DNA of 64,000 nucleotides, taken from contig DATKMS010000036.1 of assembly GCA_035541735.1 (NCBI GenBank), forward strand, positions 334-64,333, written 5' to 3'. Below, piece after piece: positions 35,229 to 42,803 of the stretch. How positions within the stretch are numbered: the first letter of the stretch is position 1; each line of letters opens with the position of its first letter. The notes below the pieces were generated by a model. The model did not search any database. It was not told the origin of the DNA and was given only the letters and a program-made list of their open reading frames with translations. This DNA is from Candidatus Margulisiibacteriota bacterium (GTDB lineage: Bacteria > Desulfobacterota > Binatia > HRBIN30). The position numbers and the translations under genes are program-made.

Positions 35229-37205
35229 ATGTCCAAGGTCATCGGCAGGTGTGTTCGGGGTACGGTTGTAGCGTTTGGCATCGGGCTTCTTCTCTCTGCG
35301 CGCACCAACGCGCAGTGTCTGGGAGACTGCAACGGCGACGGGACGGTCGGGCCGGGCGAACTGAACAAGGTCATCGCCATCATCTTGAACTGCAGTTCAG
35401 CGGCGGCCGGTTGTGGGGCCGTCCCCGGCGGTTGTACTGCTGCCGATAAGAACGGCGATCACACGATCCAGCCCGGCGAGCTGAACAACATCATTTTCAA
35501 CATCCTGAACTTCCCCCCCAAAGGCTGCCCGGCGACATCGCCGACTCCGACAAAGACCCTAGGCGTGGTGCCTACCAACACCATAGCGCCGACGAACACG
35601 CCGACCCGTGTGCCGTCGCAGACCCCGACCCCGACAACGGGCGCCGCTGTGTGCGGCAACGGCATCACGGAATCCAACGAGGACTGTGACGACGGCGGGT
35701 TCTGCATCGGTGGCGACAACGCGGGCATCAAGTGCAACTCGGAGGCGCAGTGCCAGGGCCAGGGTGTTTGCACCGAAGGCGTGAAGATCGGCACGGCGTG
35801 CAATGGCGACGCCGACTGTCCGGATGCCAAGTGCATCCACTGCAAGCCGTGCGGCGGCGACGGGTGCGCCGCAAACTGTACCTTCGAGCAGGACATCGCA
35901 TACGATCTGGTTCCGGGTGCCGTGAAGGTCTGCAAAGGAGGTGCGAACGACGGCAAAGGGTGCAACGTGGTTGCGGACTGTCCGCCATCCTCACCGCCGC
36001 AAACCCCGGGTCCGTCGTGTACGACCTACAAACAATGCCTGGGTGGCCCGAACGACAACAAACTATGCAGCGGCGGAGTCGACTGCCCAGGAGGGATCTG
36101 CAACCAGGCGGTCAAGCCCGGCAGCAGCGGTGCCTTCGTGCATGATGGGCTCCTGCAGCTCGCGCTGCCGATATCGGGCACCCAGACGCTGACCATCGGC
36201 AAAAAACGCAACAATGAGATTCCGGGCGTCATCAAGGCCACCAGCGTCAAGCTGCCCGCCATCGGGGTCGGCCCGGTCGCCTGTGCCTGCGTGCGCGCCA
36301 TCGCCACAAAGACCTGCGGCGGGACGGTGTTCGACTTCGATGGATCAGGTTCGACGGATTGCACCGACGGCTTTACAGCCGGCGCCAGCGTGTGCACCGA
36401 CGCCGGCAAGAAACCGTGTGCCTTCGTACACGGCCCCGGAAACGCGTCGTCCGGCCTGATCGGCTGCAACGGCCTGGAGGGGGTGAATCTTTCCTTCACG
36501 CAAGACGAGGCCTACGCCCCGTGTGGTACCCAGGTTGCGGGTGGTGTGTGCCCCACGCCCTATCCACCGGCGCCGACACCGCCGGCCGGCTCGGGACTCC
36601 CGGTGATCACACTGAGCGGTTCAGGTGGCCCAGGCTCGTCGATCGTCCTGAACAGTTCCGCGATCGGCACCGCTGTGGGCGCCTGTAACCAGGCCGGCTC
36701 ATGCCACGCTGGGTCGAATGCCGGGAAAGCTTGCACCAAAAATGCGGACTGTCCAGGCAGCACCTGCGACGGCGTGAAGGTGCTCGAGGTCTCGGGACCC
36801 GACCTGACCTTCTGCAGTAACGTTGGGGTATCGTGCGATAACGGGCCGCCCTGCGATGACGACCCACAGTCGAGTCGGGGGGTGCCGCAGACGCTGCCGC
36901 AGGTGACCGGTACGGCGACCGGGCTGATCACCAACACGTATGGAGCCGCCTCCTCGGCACGGGTGTGCAAGAACAAGACAACCCAGACGTGCCGGAGCGA
37001 TGCGGACTGCGGGGCGGATGGGCCGTGCCTGTTCAACATCGGGCCCTTCTCGTACACCGGCAGTCCGTACGATTGTGCGAAGTTGGAGGCGAGTCCGCCG
37101 ACGGCCGAGGGTGGCAACGTGGTCGGTGCGTTCACCGGGCTCAATCAACCCAGCACCGGCGATATCGTGGTGCGTAACACGTTCATCATCGGGCCGCGGA
37201 AGTAG
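35229..37205 (+). CDS. secreted dockerin-bearing cysteine-rich protein (N-terminal double EF-hand dockerin, TP linker, myxococcal-type Cys-rich repeat region)
   Basis: Signal peptide MSKVIGRCVRGTVVAFGIGLLLSARTNA. The dockerin has two calcium-loop/helix units: GDCNGDGTVGPGELNKVIAIILN and ADKNGDHTIQPGELNNIIFNILN. CGNGITESNEDCDDGG resembles the Myxococcus cysteine-rich repeat. Six C-x2-3-(D/A/V)(A/V)(D/Q)-C motifs are present. Confidence 0.75.
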   Translation: MSKVIGRCVRGTVVAFGIGLLLSARTNAQCLGDCNGDGTVGPGELNKVIAIILNCSSAAAGCGAVPGGCTAADKNGDHTIQPGELNNIIFNILNFPPKGCPATSPTPTKTLGVVPTNTIAPTNTPTRVPSQTPTPTTGAAVCGNGITESNEDCDDGGFCIGGDNAGIKCNSEAQCQGQGVCTEGVKIGTACNGDADCPDAKCIHCKPCGGDGCAANCTFEQDIAYDLVPGAVKVCKGGANDGKGCNVVADCPPSSPPQTPGPSCTTYKQCLGGPNDNKLCSGGVDCPGGICNQAVKPGSSGAFVHDGLLQLALPISGTQTLTIGKKRNNEIPGVIKATSVKLPAIGVGPVACACVRAIATKTCGGTVFDFDGSGSTDCTDGFTAGASVCTDAGKKPCAFVHGPGNASSGLIGCNGLEGVNLSFTQDEAYAPCGTQVAGGVCPTPYPPAPTPPAGSGLPVITLSGSGGPGSSIVLNSSAIGTAVGACNQAGSCHAGSNAGKACTKNADCPGSTCDGVKVLEVSGPDLTFCSNVGVSCDNGPPCDDDPQSSRGVPQTLPQVTGTATGLITNTYGAASSARVCKNKTTQTCRSDADCGADGPCLFNIGPFSYTGSPYDCAKLEASPPTAEGGNVVGAFTGLNQPSTGDIVVRNTFIIGPRK

Positions 37206-37215
37206 AACTGGTCCA

Positions 37216-37248
37216 GTCCACAGGGGGGCACGGCGCCCCCCTGTGGAC
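37216..37248 (+). terminator. strong hairpin after the dockerin gene (no U-tract)
   Basis: gtccacaggggggc (37216-37229) pairs with gcccccctgtggac (37235-37248), 14 bp perfect with a 5-nt loop. It is followed by cacaaaaac rather than a T-run. A TTGACA box follows at 37264-37269. Confidence 0.45.
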
Positions 37249-37515
37249 CACAAAAACTGTATTGACAAAGCTAGGCGCCGCCAGTAGTCATAGAGAGGTC
37301 GTTCCGCAAACCAAGTCGATCCGACAAGGCGACCGGCGTGCAGGGGACAGCAGGTCCCTCCGGAGGATAAGCAACGATGAGAGGCGTAGTGTGCGACTCG
37401 CGGGTGTGCCGGCGCACCAGGGTTCGCGGTCGTGAACCCCCGGGCCTTGGCCAGCAAACGAGGGGGTTTACGGAGCAAGAGAGTGTTCTGCCAAACAAAG
37501 ATGAGAGGAGGAGTT

Positions 37516-38916
37516 ATGTACAGTAACAAGATCGCAGGCGTGGTCGCCGGCGCGGTGGCTCTGCTTCTGCTGTCGGCACCGTCCTACGCCGATCTGACCA
37601 AGTGCGCCACGCTGATCGACGGCGAAAATGCCAAGATGCAGGCGGCGATGATCAAGCATTTCCAGAAGTGCATCGATGGGTACCACAAGGATCTCGCCAA
37701 GGTTCCAAAGACGGGGCCATTCACTGCGGCAGCAAAGGTGTGTGATAAAGAACTCGGTAAGGGGATCGGCTCCGGCGGCGACATCGACAAGGAAGTAACG
37801 ACCAAGCTTATCGCGGGCTTCACCAAGAACACCTGCACGGAATCGGACTTGCTGGCGCTCGGTCACCTGTCGCACAAGCTCTACACTGACAACTGGGCGC
37901 GGCTTCAGGGGGTCTCGGCGTTCCATTCGGCCTATGAGCAGGCACTGGCCGGCAGCCGCGATTTCATCCAAGGCTTGATCGATATGGGGAAGAGCGCAAG
38001 TCCAGGCTGCCCCAATTGCGTCAAGATCAACCATCCGCTGTGCAACGAGATGAGCAGCGTGCTGGCCAGCAGCTCGCAGGCTGTCGTGTTGGTGTCTGTT
38101 CTGAACCTGACCGTACCCCTGAGCGGGACAACTGTCTTGAAGATCTGCGACAACACCGTAAGTGGGTTGGTTTCCGGGGGCATCTTGCCGAACATTCCAG
38201 CGAGTACATTCTATGTGCTGGGCGGACCCGGCAAGCTGTTGGATCCGGCGCCGGTCGGGAATGGGGGGACGGCTCTCGCCACTGCCTGCACGAGGACGAT
38301 TGCAGCCGAAGGGATCATCCAGTGCGGCTCTGCGCAGCGCATCTCCTACGTGACGTGCCAGGATCATACGCCGTCAACCACCAACGCGGACGGGGCATCA
38401 GCCTCAGGGGGCTGCACCGGCCAGGATAGCTGTGCGAGGACCAAGAAGAACAGCGAACAGTCGGTCGTCGATCCTAAGGACGGCCCGCCGATCGCGGCGA
38501 GTGACACGCTGATTGGCGGCGCCTGCATCAAGACTGTGTCGACTGCTGGCGTCGCGGGCGACGGCTTCGTCAATCTGACCTCGCAAATCGGTCTCCACCG
38601 CCTCGTGACGAATGACAACTGCCAGAACCCGGCGACCTTGGACGACGCCGGGTTGCCAGCCACCACGTCGCTCACAACCGGAACAGCAGCCGCCAAGGTG
38701 TTGAACCAGGACTCGGAGGGCGGAACGCCGTCTACCAATGAGCTCGACTCCGACGTGGTCACCGGAAGCATTTTCAACTGCGCGACCCTGAACGCAGGTC
38801 AAACAAAGGGGACGCACCTGGTCGGAGCCTTCCCGGCGATCAACACGCTGCAGCTCTCAGGGGGAGGGGACTTCCTCGACAGCGTGACCACGTTCGAACT
38901 GGACGTTGCTCCGTAA
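37516..38916 (+). CDS. secreted hypothetical protein (helical Cys-paired N-domain; C-terminal module shared with the dockerin proteins)
   Basis: GAGGAGGAG precedes ATG 37516. Signal peptide MYSNKIAGVVAGAVALLLLSAPSYA. C-terminal FNCATLNAGQTKGTHLVGAFPAINTL parallels YDCAKLEASPPTAEGGNVVGAFTGLNQ of the preceding protein. It is visibly less GC-rich than neighbours. Confidence 0.65.
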   Translation: MYSNKIAGVVAGAVALLLLSAPSYADLTKCATLIDGENAKMQAAMIKHFQKCIDGYHKDLAKVPKTGPFTAAAKVCDKELGKGIGSGGDIDKEVTTKLIAGFTKNTCTESDLLALGHLSHKLYTDNWARLQGVSAFHSAYEQALAGSRDFIQGLIDMGKSASPGCPNCVKINHPLCNEMSSVLASSSQAVVLVSVLNLTVPLSGTTVLKICDNTVSGLVSGGILPNIPASTFYVLGGPGKLLDPAPVGNGGTALATACTRTIAAEGIIQCGSAQRISYVTCQDHTPSTTNADGASASGGCTGQDSCARTKKNSEQSVVDPKDGPPIAASDTLIGGACIKTVSTAGVAGDGFVNLTSQIGLHRLVTNDNCQNPATLDDAGLPATTSLTTGTAAAKVLNQDSEGGTPSTNELDSDVVTGSIFNCATLNAGQTKGTHLVGAFPAINTLQLSGGGDFLDSVTTFELDVAP

Positions 38917-38938
38917 GAACCTAGTCAACGCCTGAGGA

Positions 38939-38976
38939 AGGGGACGGAGGCACACTCTCCGTCCCCTTTCTTTTTG
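38939..38976 (+). terminator. rho-independent terminator
   Basis: aggggacggag (38939-38949) pairs with ctccgtcccct (38957-38967), followed by ttctttttg. Confidence 0.8.
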
Positions 38977-38999
38977 CCGGCAATGGAGGACCCTTATCA

Positions 39000-39521
39000 A
39001 TGCGACCCTTGATTGCGCTCGTATTGCTTCTCATGCTCCTCGGCGAAGGTGCACAGGCCGCCTTCCCGAACGAACCGGAGGGCTTCGGACCGTTGCGTTT
39101 CGGTGCCTCGACGGCGGCGCTTGAAAAGGCGTTCCCCAAGGCGAAGCGCCGGGGCCAGGAGGAGTTCCTGACGATCTACGATCTGGAAGGCCAATCCGTG
39201 CTCGGCTTGAAGCCGTGTACCGTGGAGTTGCGCTTCGTCGACGACAAGTTCTATCAGGTGCTGTTCAGTTGCGAACCGAAGGACAAGGTGGCGCGGGCGT
39301 TGGAGAAGCGCTTCGGCCCCGCGGTTCAACACAAGCCAGACGAGACCGTGTGGCTGAGTGAGACGCACTGGGTGTCGTTCAGCCCGCAGGCCAAGTCGTT
39401 CTCATACACCGACCGCTCGCTGGGCAGCCTCGCGCAGAAGAAGCTGCTCGGCTACGTCCTGCGTCAGCGAGCGCAAGCGCAGGCGACCGCTGCCGTGCCG
39501 ACGCCCGGGCCGACGCCGTAG
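39000..39521 (+). CDS. small secreted hypothetical protein
   Basis: GGAGGA at 38985-38990 precedes ATG 39000. Signal peptide MRPLIALVLLLMLLGEGAQA. No family recognised. Confidence 0.6.
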   Translation: MRPLIALVLLLMLLGEGAQAAFPNEPEGFGPLRFGASTAALEKAFPKAKRRGQEEFLTIYDLEGQSVLGLKPCTVELRFVDDKFYQVLFSCEPKDKVARALEKRFGPAVQHKPDETVWLSETHWVSFSPQAKSFSYTDRSLGSLAQKKLLGYVLRQRAQAQATAAVPTPGPTP

Positions 39522-39576
39522 TCAAAACCACGAACGCCGACGAATTGAAGGGCGTGAACCGGACCTTCGTTGCGGA

Positions 39577-39604
39577 GTAGGGGCACAGCGCGCTGTGCCC
39601 CTAC
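39577..39604. repeat. perfect 28-bp palindrome (REP-like / terminator)
   Basis: gtaggggcacagcg directly abuts cgctgtgcccctac with no loop. It lies downstream of the 39000-39521 gene. Confidence 0.7.
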
Positions 39605-39780
39605 TGTATTGCACGGAAAATTTCTCGTGCGGCTTTGCAGCCGTCTGCGGCCTACGGCCGTGGATTCTCGTTGACAATCAAGCGGCGCGCGCGGTATCAA
39701 ACCAAGAATTGCATCGAATCGGTTTGCGAAAAGATTTCGCTGGTGTGCGGCGGTGCTGCATTGCCACTGAAAGGGTCATC

Positions 39781-41007
39781 ATGCTTCTGAACCTGCACGG
39801 GTCTGTAAGAATGGTCGCAGTCACTACGTGCGTGGCGGCGCTGCTGTTCACAGCAGCGGCTGCAGCCAACGCCCAGTGCTTGGGAGACTGCAACGGTGAC
39901 GGGACGGTCGGGCCGGGGGAGCTGAACAAGGTCATCGCCATCATCTTGAACTGCAGCTCAGCGGCAGCCGGGTGCGGAGCTGTCCCCGGCGGTTGCACCG
40001 CTGCCGACAAGAACGGCGATCACACGATCCAGCCCGGCGAGCTGAACAACATCATATTCGACATCCTGAACTTCCCACCCAAGGGCTGCCCCGCGGCGTC
40101 ACCGACACCGACGCGGACGCAAGGCATCCAGGCGACCAGCACGCCGACCAACACCTTCACCCTGGCGCCCTCGGCGACGCCGACGCCGAGCCCGACCACC
40201 GCCCTCGGCCCGCCGCTCGGCATGCGCGTGTTCTCGCTGGGCTCAAAATCAGCCTTTACCAGTTCACTGCTGCCCGGCGGCAGCCTCGGCACGCCGATGG
40301 GGACGCTCATGCTTGACGCCGGCGGCAAGGACGGCAGCGGTCGTGCGACGGTGACCCTGGCCAACCCCGGCACGCTCATCCGCACGGACCTCTCGGCGGG
40401 GAACTTGACTCTGTGCACCAAGCTCGACTCGTGCACCGGCACACTCTACTGTGACGGCGGAACCGACGTCGACGTGCTCAACTCCCTCGATAGCCTCCGC
40501 GCGGACCTGACGTGCATGCGCGACGGCACGCACAGCTGCCCGGCGACCGCACCGACACCACCGGTGTGCTGCAGCAACGCCTGTGAAGGTGTCGGCGTCG
40601 GCAGCGGCAACAGCCCGCAGCAGACGAGCCCACCGCCGAACGTCACGCCCACCCCCAGCGGTGCGGGCGCGATGTTGCTGATCTGCCAGCAGCGCAGCGT
40701 GCCCGTGAGGCCCCAGTGCCAAGGTACGGGCTCGTGTTGTTCAACGGTCGATTTCTCGACCGCCGCGCCGGCGACGCAGTACTACACGACCGGGATCGAC
40801 ACGGCCCAAGTCCTCAACCACTGCGCCGGCTCCGGAGCGAGTCCCAGCAAGGTACCCAAGATCGCCAGGAAGGGTACGAACTTCGACTGCGCCAATTGGA
40901 CGACAGAGAACGGCGTTGGTGTCTTGGGCTTCACCATCCCAGCAGAAGAAGGGGATGCGAACATCACCGGCGACGGGGCACAAGCCGGGTTGTGGAGCGA
41001 CCAGTAG
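39781..41007 (+). CDS. secreted dockerin-bearing protein 2 (same dockerin cassette, different cargo)
   Basis: Start taken at ATG 39781. Signal peptide ...VAVTTCVAALLFTAAAAANA. The dockerin QCLGDCNGDGTVGPGELNKVIAIILNCSSAAAGCGAVPGGCTAADKNGDHTIQPGELNNIIFDILNFPPKGCP is identical to that of 35229-37205 except one residue. A TP linker precedes an unrelated ~300-aa Cys-containing cargo. Confidence 0.75.
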   Translation: MLLNLHGSVRMVAVTTCVAALLFTAAAAANAQCLGDCNGDGTVGPGELNKVIAIILNCSSAAAGCGAVPGGCTAADKNGDHTIQPGELNNIIFDILNFPPKGCPAASPTPTRTQGIQATSTPTNTFTLAPSATPTPSPTTALGPPLGMRVFSLGSKSAFTSSLLPGGSLGTPMGTLMLDAGGKDGSGRATVTLANPGTLIRTDLSAGNLTLCTKLDSCTGTLYCDGGTDVDVLNSLDSLRADLTCMRDGTHSCPATAPTPPVCCSNACEGVGVGSGNSPQQTSPPPNVTPTPSGAGAMLLICQQRSVPVRPQCQGTGSCCSTVDFSTAAPATQYYTTGIDTAQVLNHCAGSGASPSKVPKIARKGTNFDCANWTTENGVGVLGFTIPAEEGDANITGDGAQAGLWSDQ

Positions 41008-41414
41008 GCGACGCTCGTACGTGCACCACCCCGCGCTCAAGGGACAGAGTGCTAAGATTGCGCGCCCTTCGGCGTCGCTCAGGACTCTCAGGACAGGGCT
41101 TGGCGACGGCGCCTGAAAAGTTGGCGCTTCCTGCCCATGAGCCTGCGGCTGGCGGTCGCCCAGGGCGTTGCCCTGGGCTGACGTCTTGCCGCCCTTTCAG
41201 GGCTGAGACCCAAAGGATTAGCAGCCTGCAGATCAACAGCCCCGATAGGGGCGGCCATTCGATAGCCCGGGGCATCGCCCCGGGCGGTTGCGCCGAATGC
41301 GACAACGGCTCATGGCCCCCCCAAGCCGCTGCCCCGGCGATTGGTCCTCCCAGCGTGAGCGGTTTGCTGGTTCGCTGGCTGCGGGACGGCTTGCGTTGTG
41401 CACCCCACGCCCGC

Positions 41415-42566
41415 ATGGAGGCTGCAATAGCTCCGCCTCGTCGGACGCAGCGTCTGGCTGCCTGGGCTCTTGCCTTGAGTACGGTCGCGCTGCTGCCGGC
41501 ATGTGCGCTATGGCGTGGGCACGCCGCGCCAGCCGATCCGGCCAGCGCCACCGTCTCACGCCTGCTGCACTCCGCAGCCGCGCAAGATGACCATGACGCG
41601 GCGACCGAGGCGATCGCCGCGCTGGGACCCGCGGCGCTGCCCGCAGTGTCTACCGGGCTGGCGGATCCGGAGGAGAGTGTGCGGCTGGTTGCCGTCGAGG
41701 CGCTCGGCAAGATGCGTGGGCCCGCGGCGGTGGACACGCTCCTGGTGGCGCTCAAAGACACCAGCTCTGACGTGCGTCTGAGCGCCGTGGAGCAGCTCGG
41801 CGGGCTCGGCGATCGGCGCGCCGTGCAACCGCTGCTCGAGCAGTTCGCCAAGGACGACAACCCGCAGGTACGCTACGAATGCCTCACCAGCCTGGGGTTG
41901 ATCGGCGATCCGTCGACGGTCGACTTTCTGGTCAAGGGCACCCGTGACGCCGATCCGTTCGTCCGGCTGTGGGCGATGGATGCCCTCTGTCAGATGAGCG
42001 ATCCGCATGCGCAAGATCTTGCCCTCGCCTTCCTGCGCGACCCCAACCCTGCGGTGCGCGATCAGATCATTCGCGCCTGCGCCGACGCCTTCAACACGCC
42101 GAACGGGCGGCGCACGTTGATCGAGCTGGCGTTGAACCCTCCCGACTTTTCGAACGCGGTGTGGGCGCGGCGCTACCTCATGAGTTTCGTCGAGCGCGGC
42201 CCCGACGGCGCCCAGCTCGCTGCGCAGATCCGTGCGGCGGCGCTGCCGGCGCTGCGCGGCCCGCACGCCCTGGGCGCTGCCATGCTCCTCGGCGACCTCG
42301 GCGACCGCGCCGCCACCGATCGGCTCATTGCCGCGCTGCGCGACCCGGACTTCCAGGTACGCCTCCACGCCGCTCTCCTGCTGGCGAAGACGCGTGACCG
42401 CCGCGCAGTGCCCGCTCTGATCGTGGTGCTCAACGACCAGGTCGGGATCGTCGCGGCCTCGGCGTACAACTCGCTGCAGTGGTTCGCTGACGACGGCGAC
42501 CAGCGCGCGCAGGAGGCGGTGCGGAATTACAAGGGCACGAAGTTCGACACGCGCTTGCCGCGCTGA
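41415..42566 (+). CDS. HEAT-repeat (PBS-lyase-like) lipoprotein
   Basis: Start taken at ATG 41415. Lipobox ALLPAC. Repeated units carry D-x-x-x-VR and A-x-x-AL-G patterns (ESVRLVAVEALGKMRGPAAVDTLLVALKDTSSDVRLSAVEQLGGLGDRRAVQPL...). Confidence 0.7.
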   Translation: MEAAIAPPRRTQRLAAWALALSTVALLPACALWRGHAAPADPASATVSRLLHSAAAQDDHDAATEAIAALGPAALPAVSTGLADPEESVRLVAVEALGKMRGPAAVDTLLVALKDTSSDVRLSAVEQLGGLGDRRAVQPLLEQFAKDDNPQVRYECLTSLGLIGDPSTVDFLVKGTRDADPFVRLWAMDALCQMSDPHAQDLALAFLRDPNPAVRDQIIRACADAFNTPNGRRTLIELALNPPDFSNAVWARRYLMSFVERGPDGAQLAAQIRAAALPALRGPHALGAAMLLGDLGDRAATDRLIAALRDPDFQVRLHAALLLAKTRDRRAVPALIVVLNDQVGIVAASAYNSLQWFADDGDQRAQEAVRNYKGTKFDTRLPR

Positions 42567-42748
42567 AATAGGGCGGCAGCTAGCGTTGAGCCGAGCACCG
42601 GGCCCCGGGCCGCACTCCAGGCGGAAGGGCGCCACTCCTTCCGGGGCTCAGAAGCGCCGAGCCCACGTAGGGGCGGTATTCACGAGCCAGGGGTGAAGCC
42701 CTGGCTCAGCCATGTTGGAGTGGTGTTGGAGAACACAAACCCAAAAAG

Positions 42749-42779
42749 CGAGGGCCTCGGGTGGATCCCGAGGCCCTCG
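42749..42779. terminator. bidirectional hairpin between convergent genes
   Basis: cgagggcctcggg (42749-42761) pairs with cccgaggccctcg (42767-42779), a 13-bp stem preceded by aaaaag. Confidence 0.6.
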
Positions 42780-42803
42780 TAGAATCAGGGTTCTGGTGTG
42801 CTA

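Noticed and set aside
39358-41414. Upstream extensions of the track ORFs 39358-41007 and 40716-42566
   Set aside because: The extensions are Arg-rich, overlap neighbouring genes or hairpin-dense spacer, and precede obvious signal peptides. Starts at 39781 and 41415 are preferred.
40964-42635. Minus-strand ORFs 40964-41860 (298 aa) and 41556-42635 (359 aa)
   Set aside because: They lie antisense to the HEAT-repeat gene and the spacer, and their composition is low-complexity Ala/Arg/Ser.
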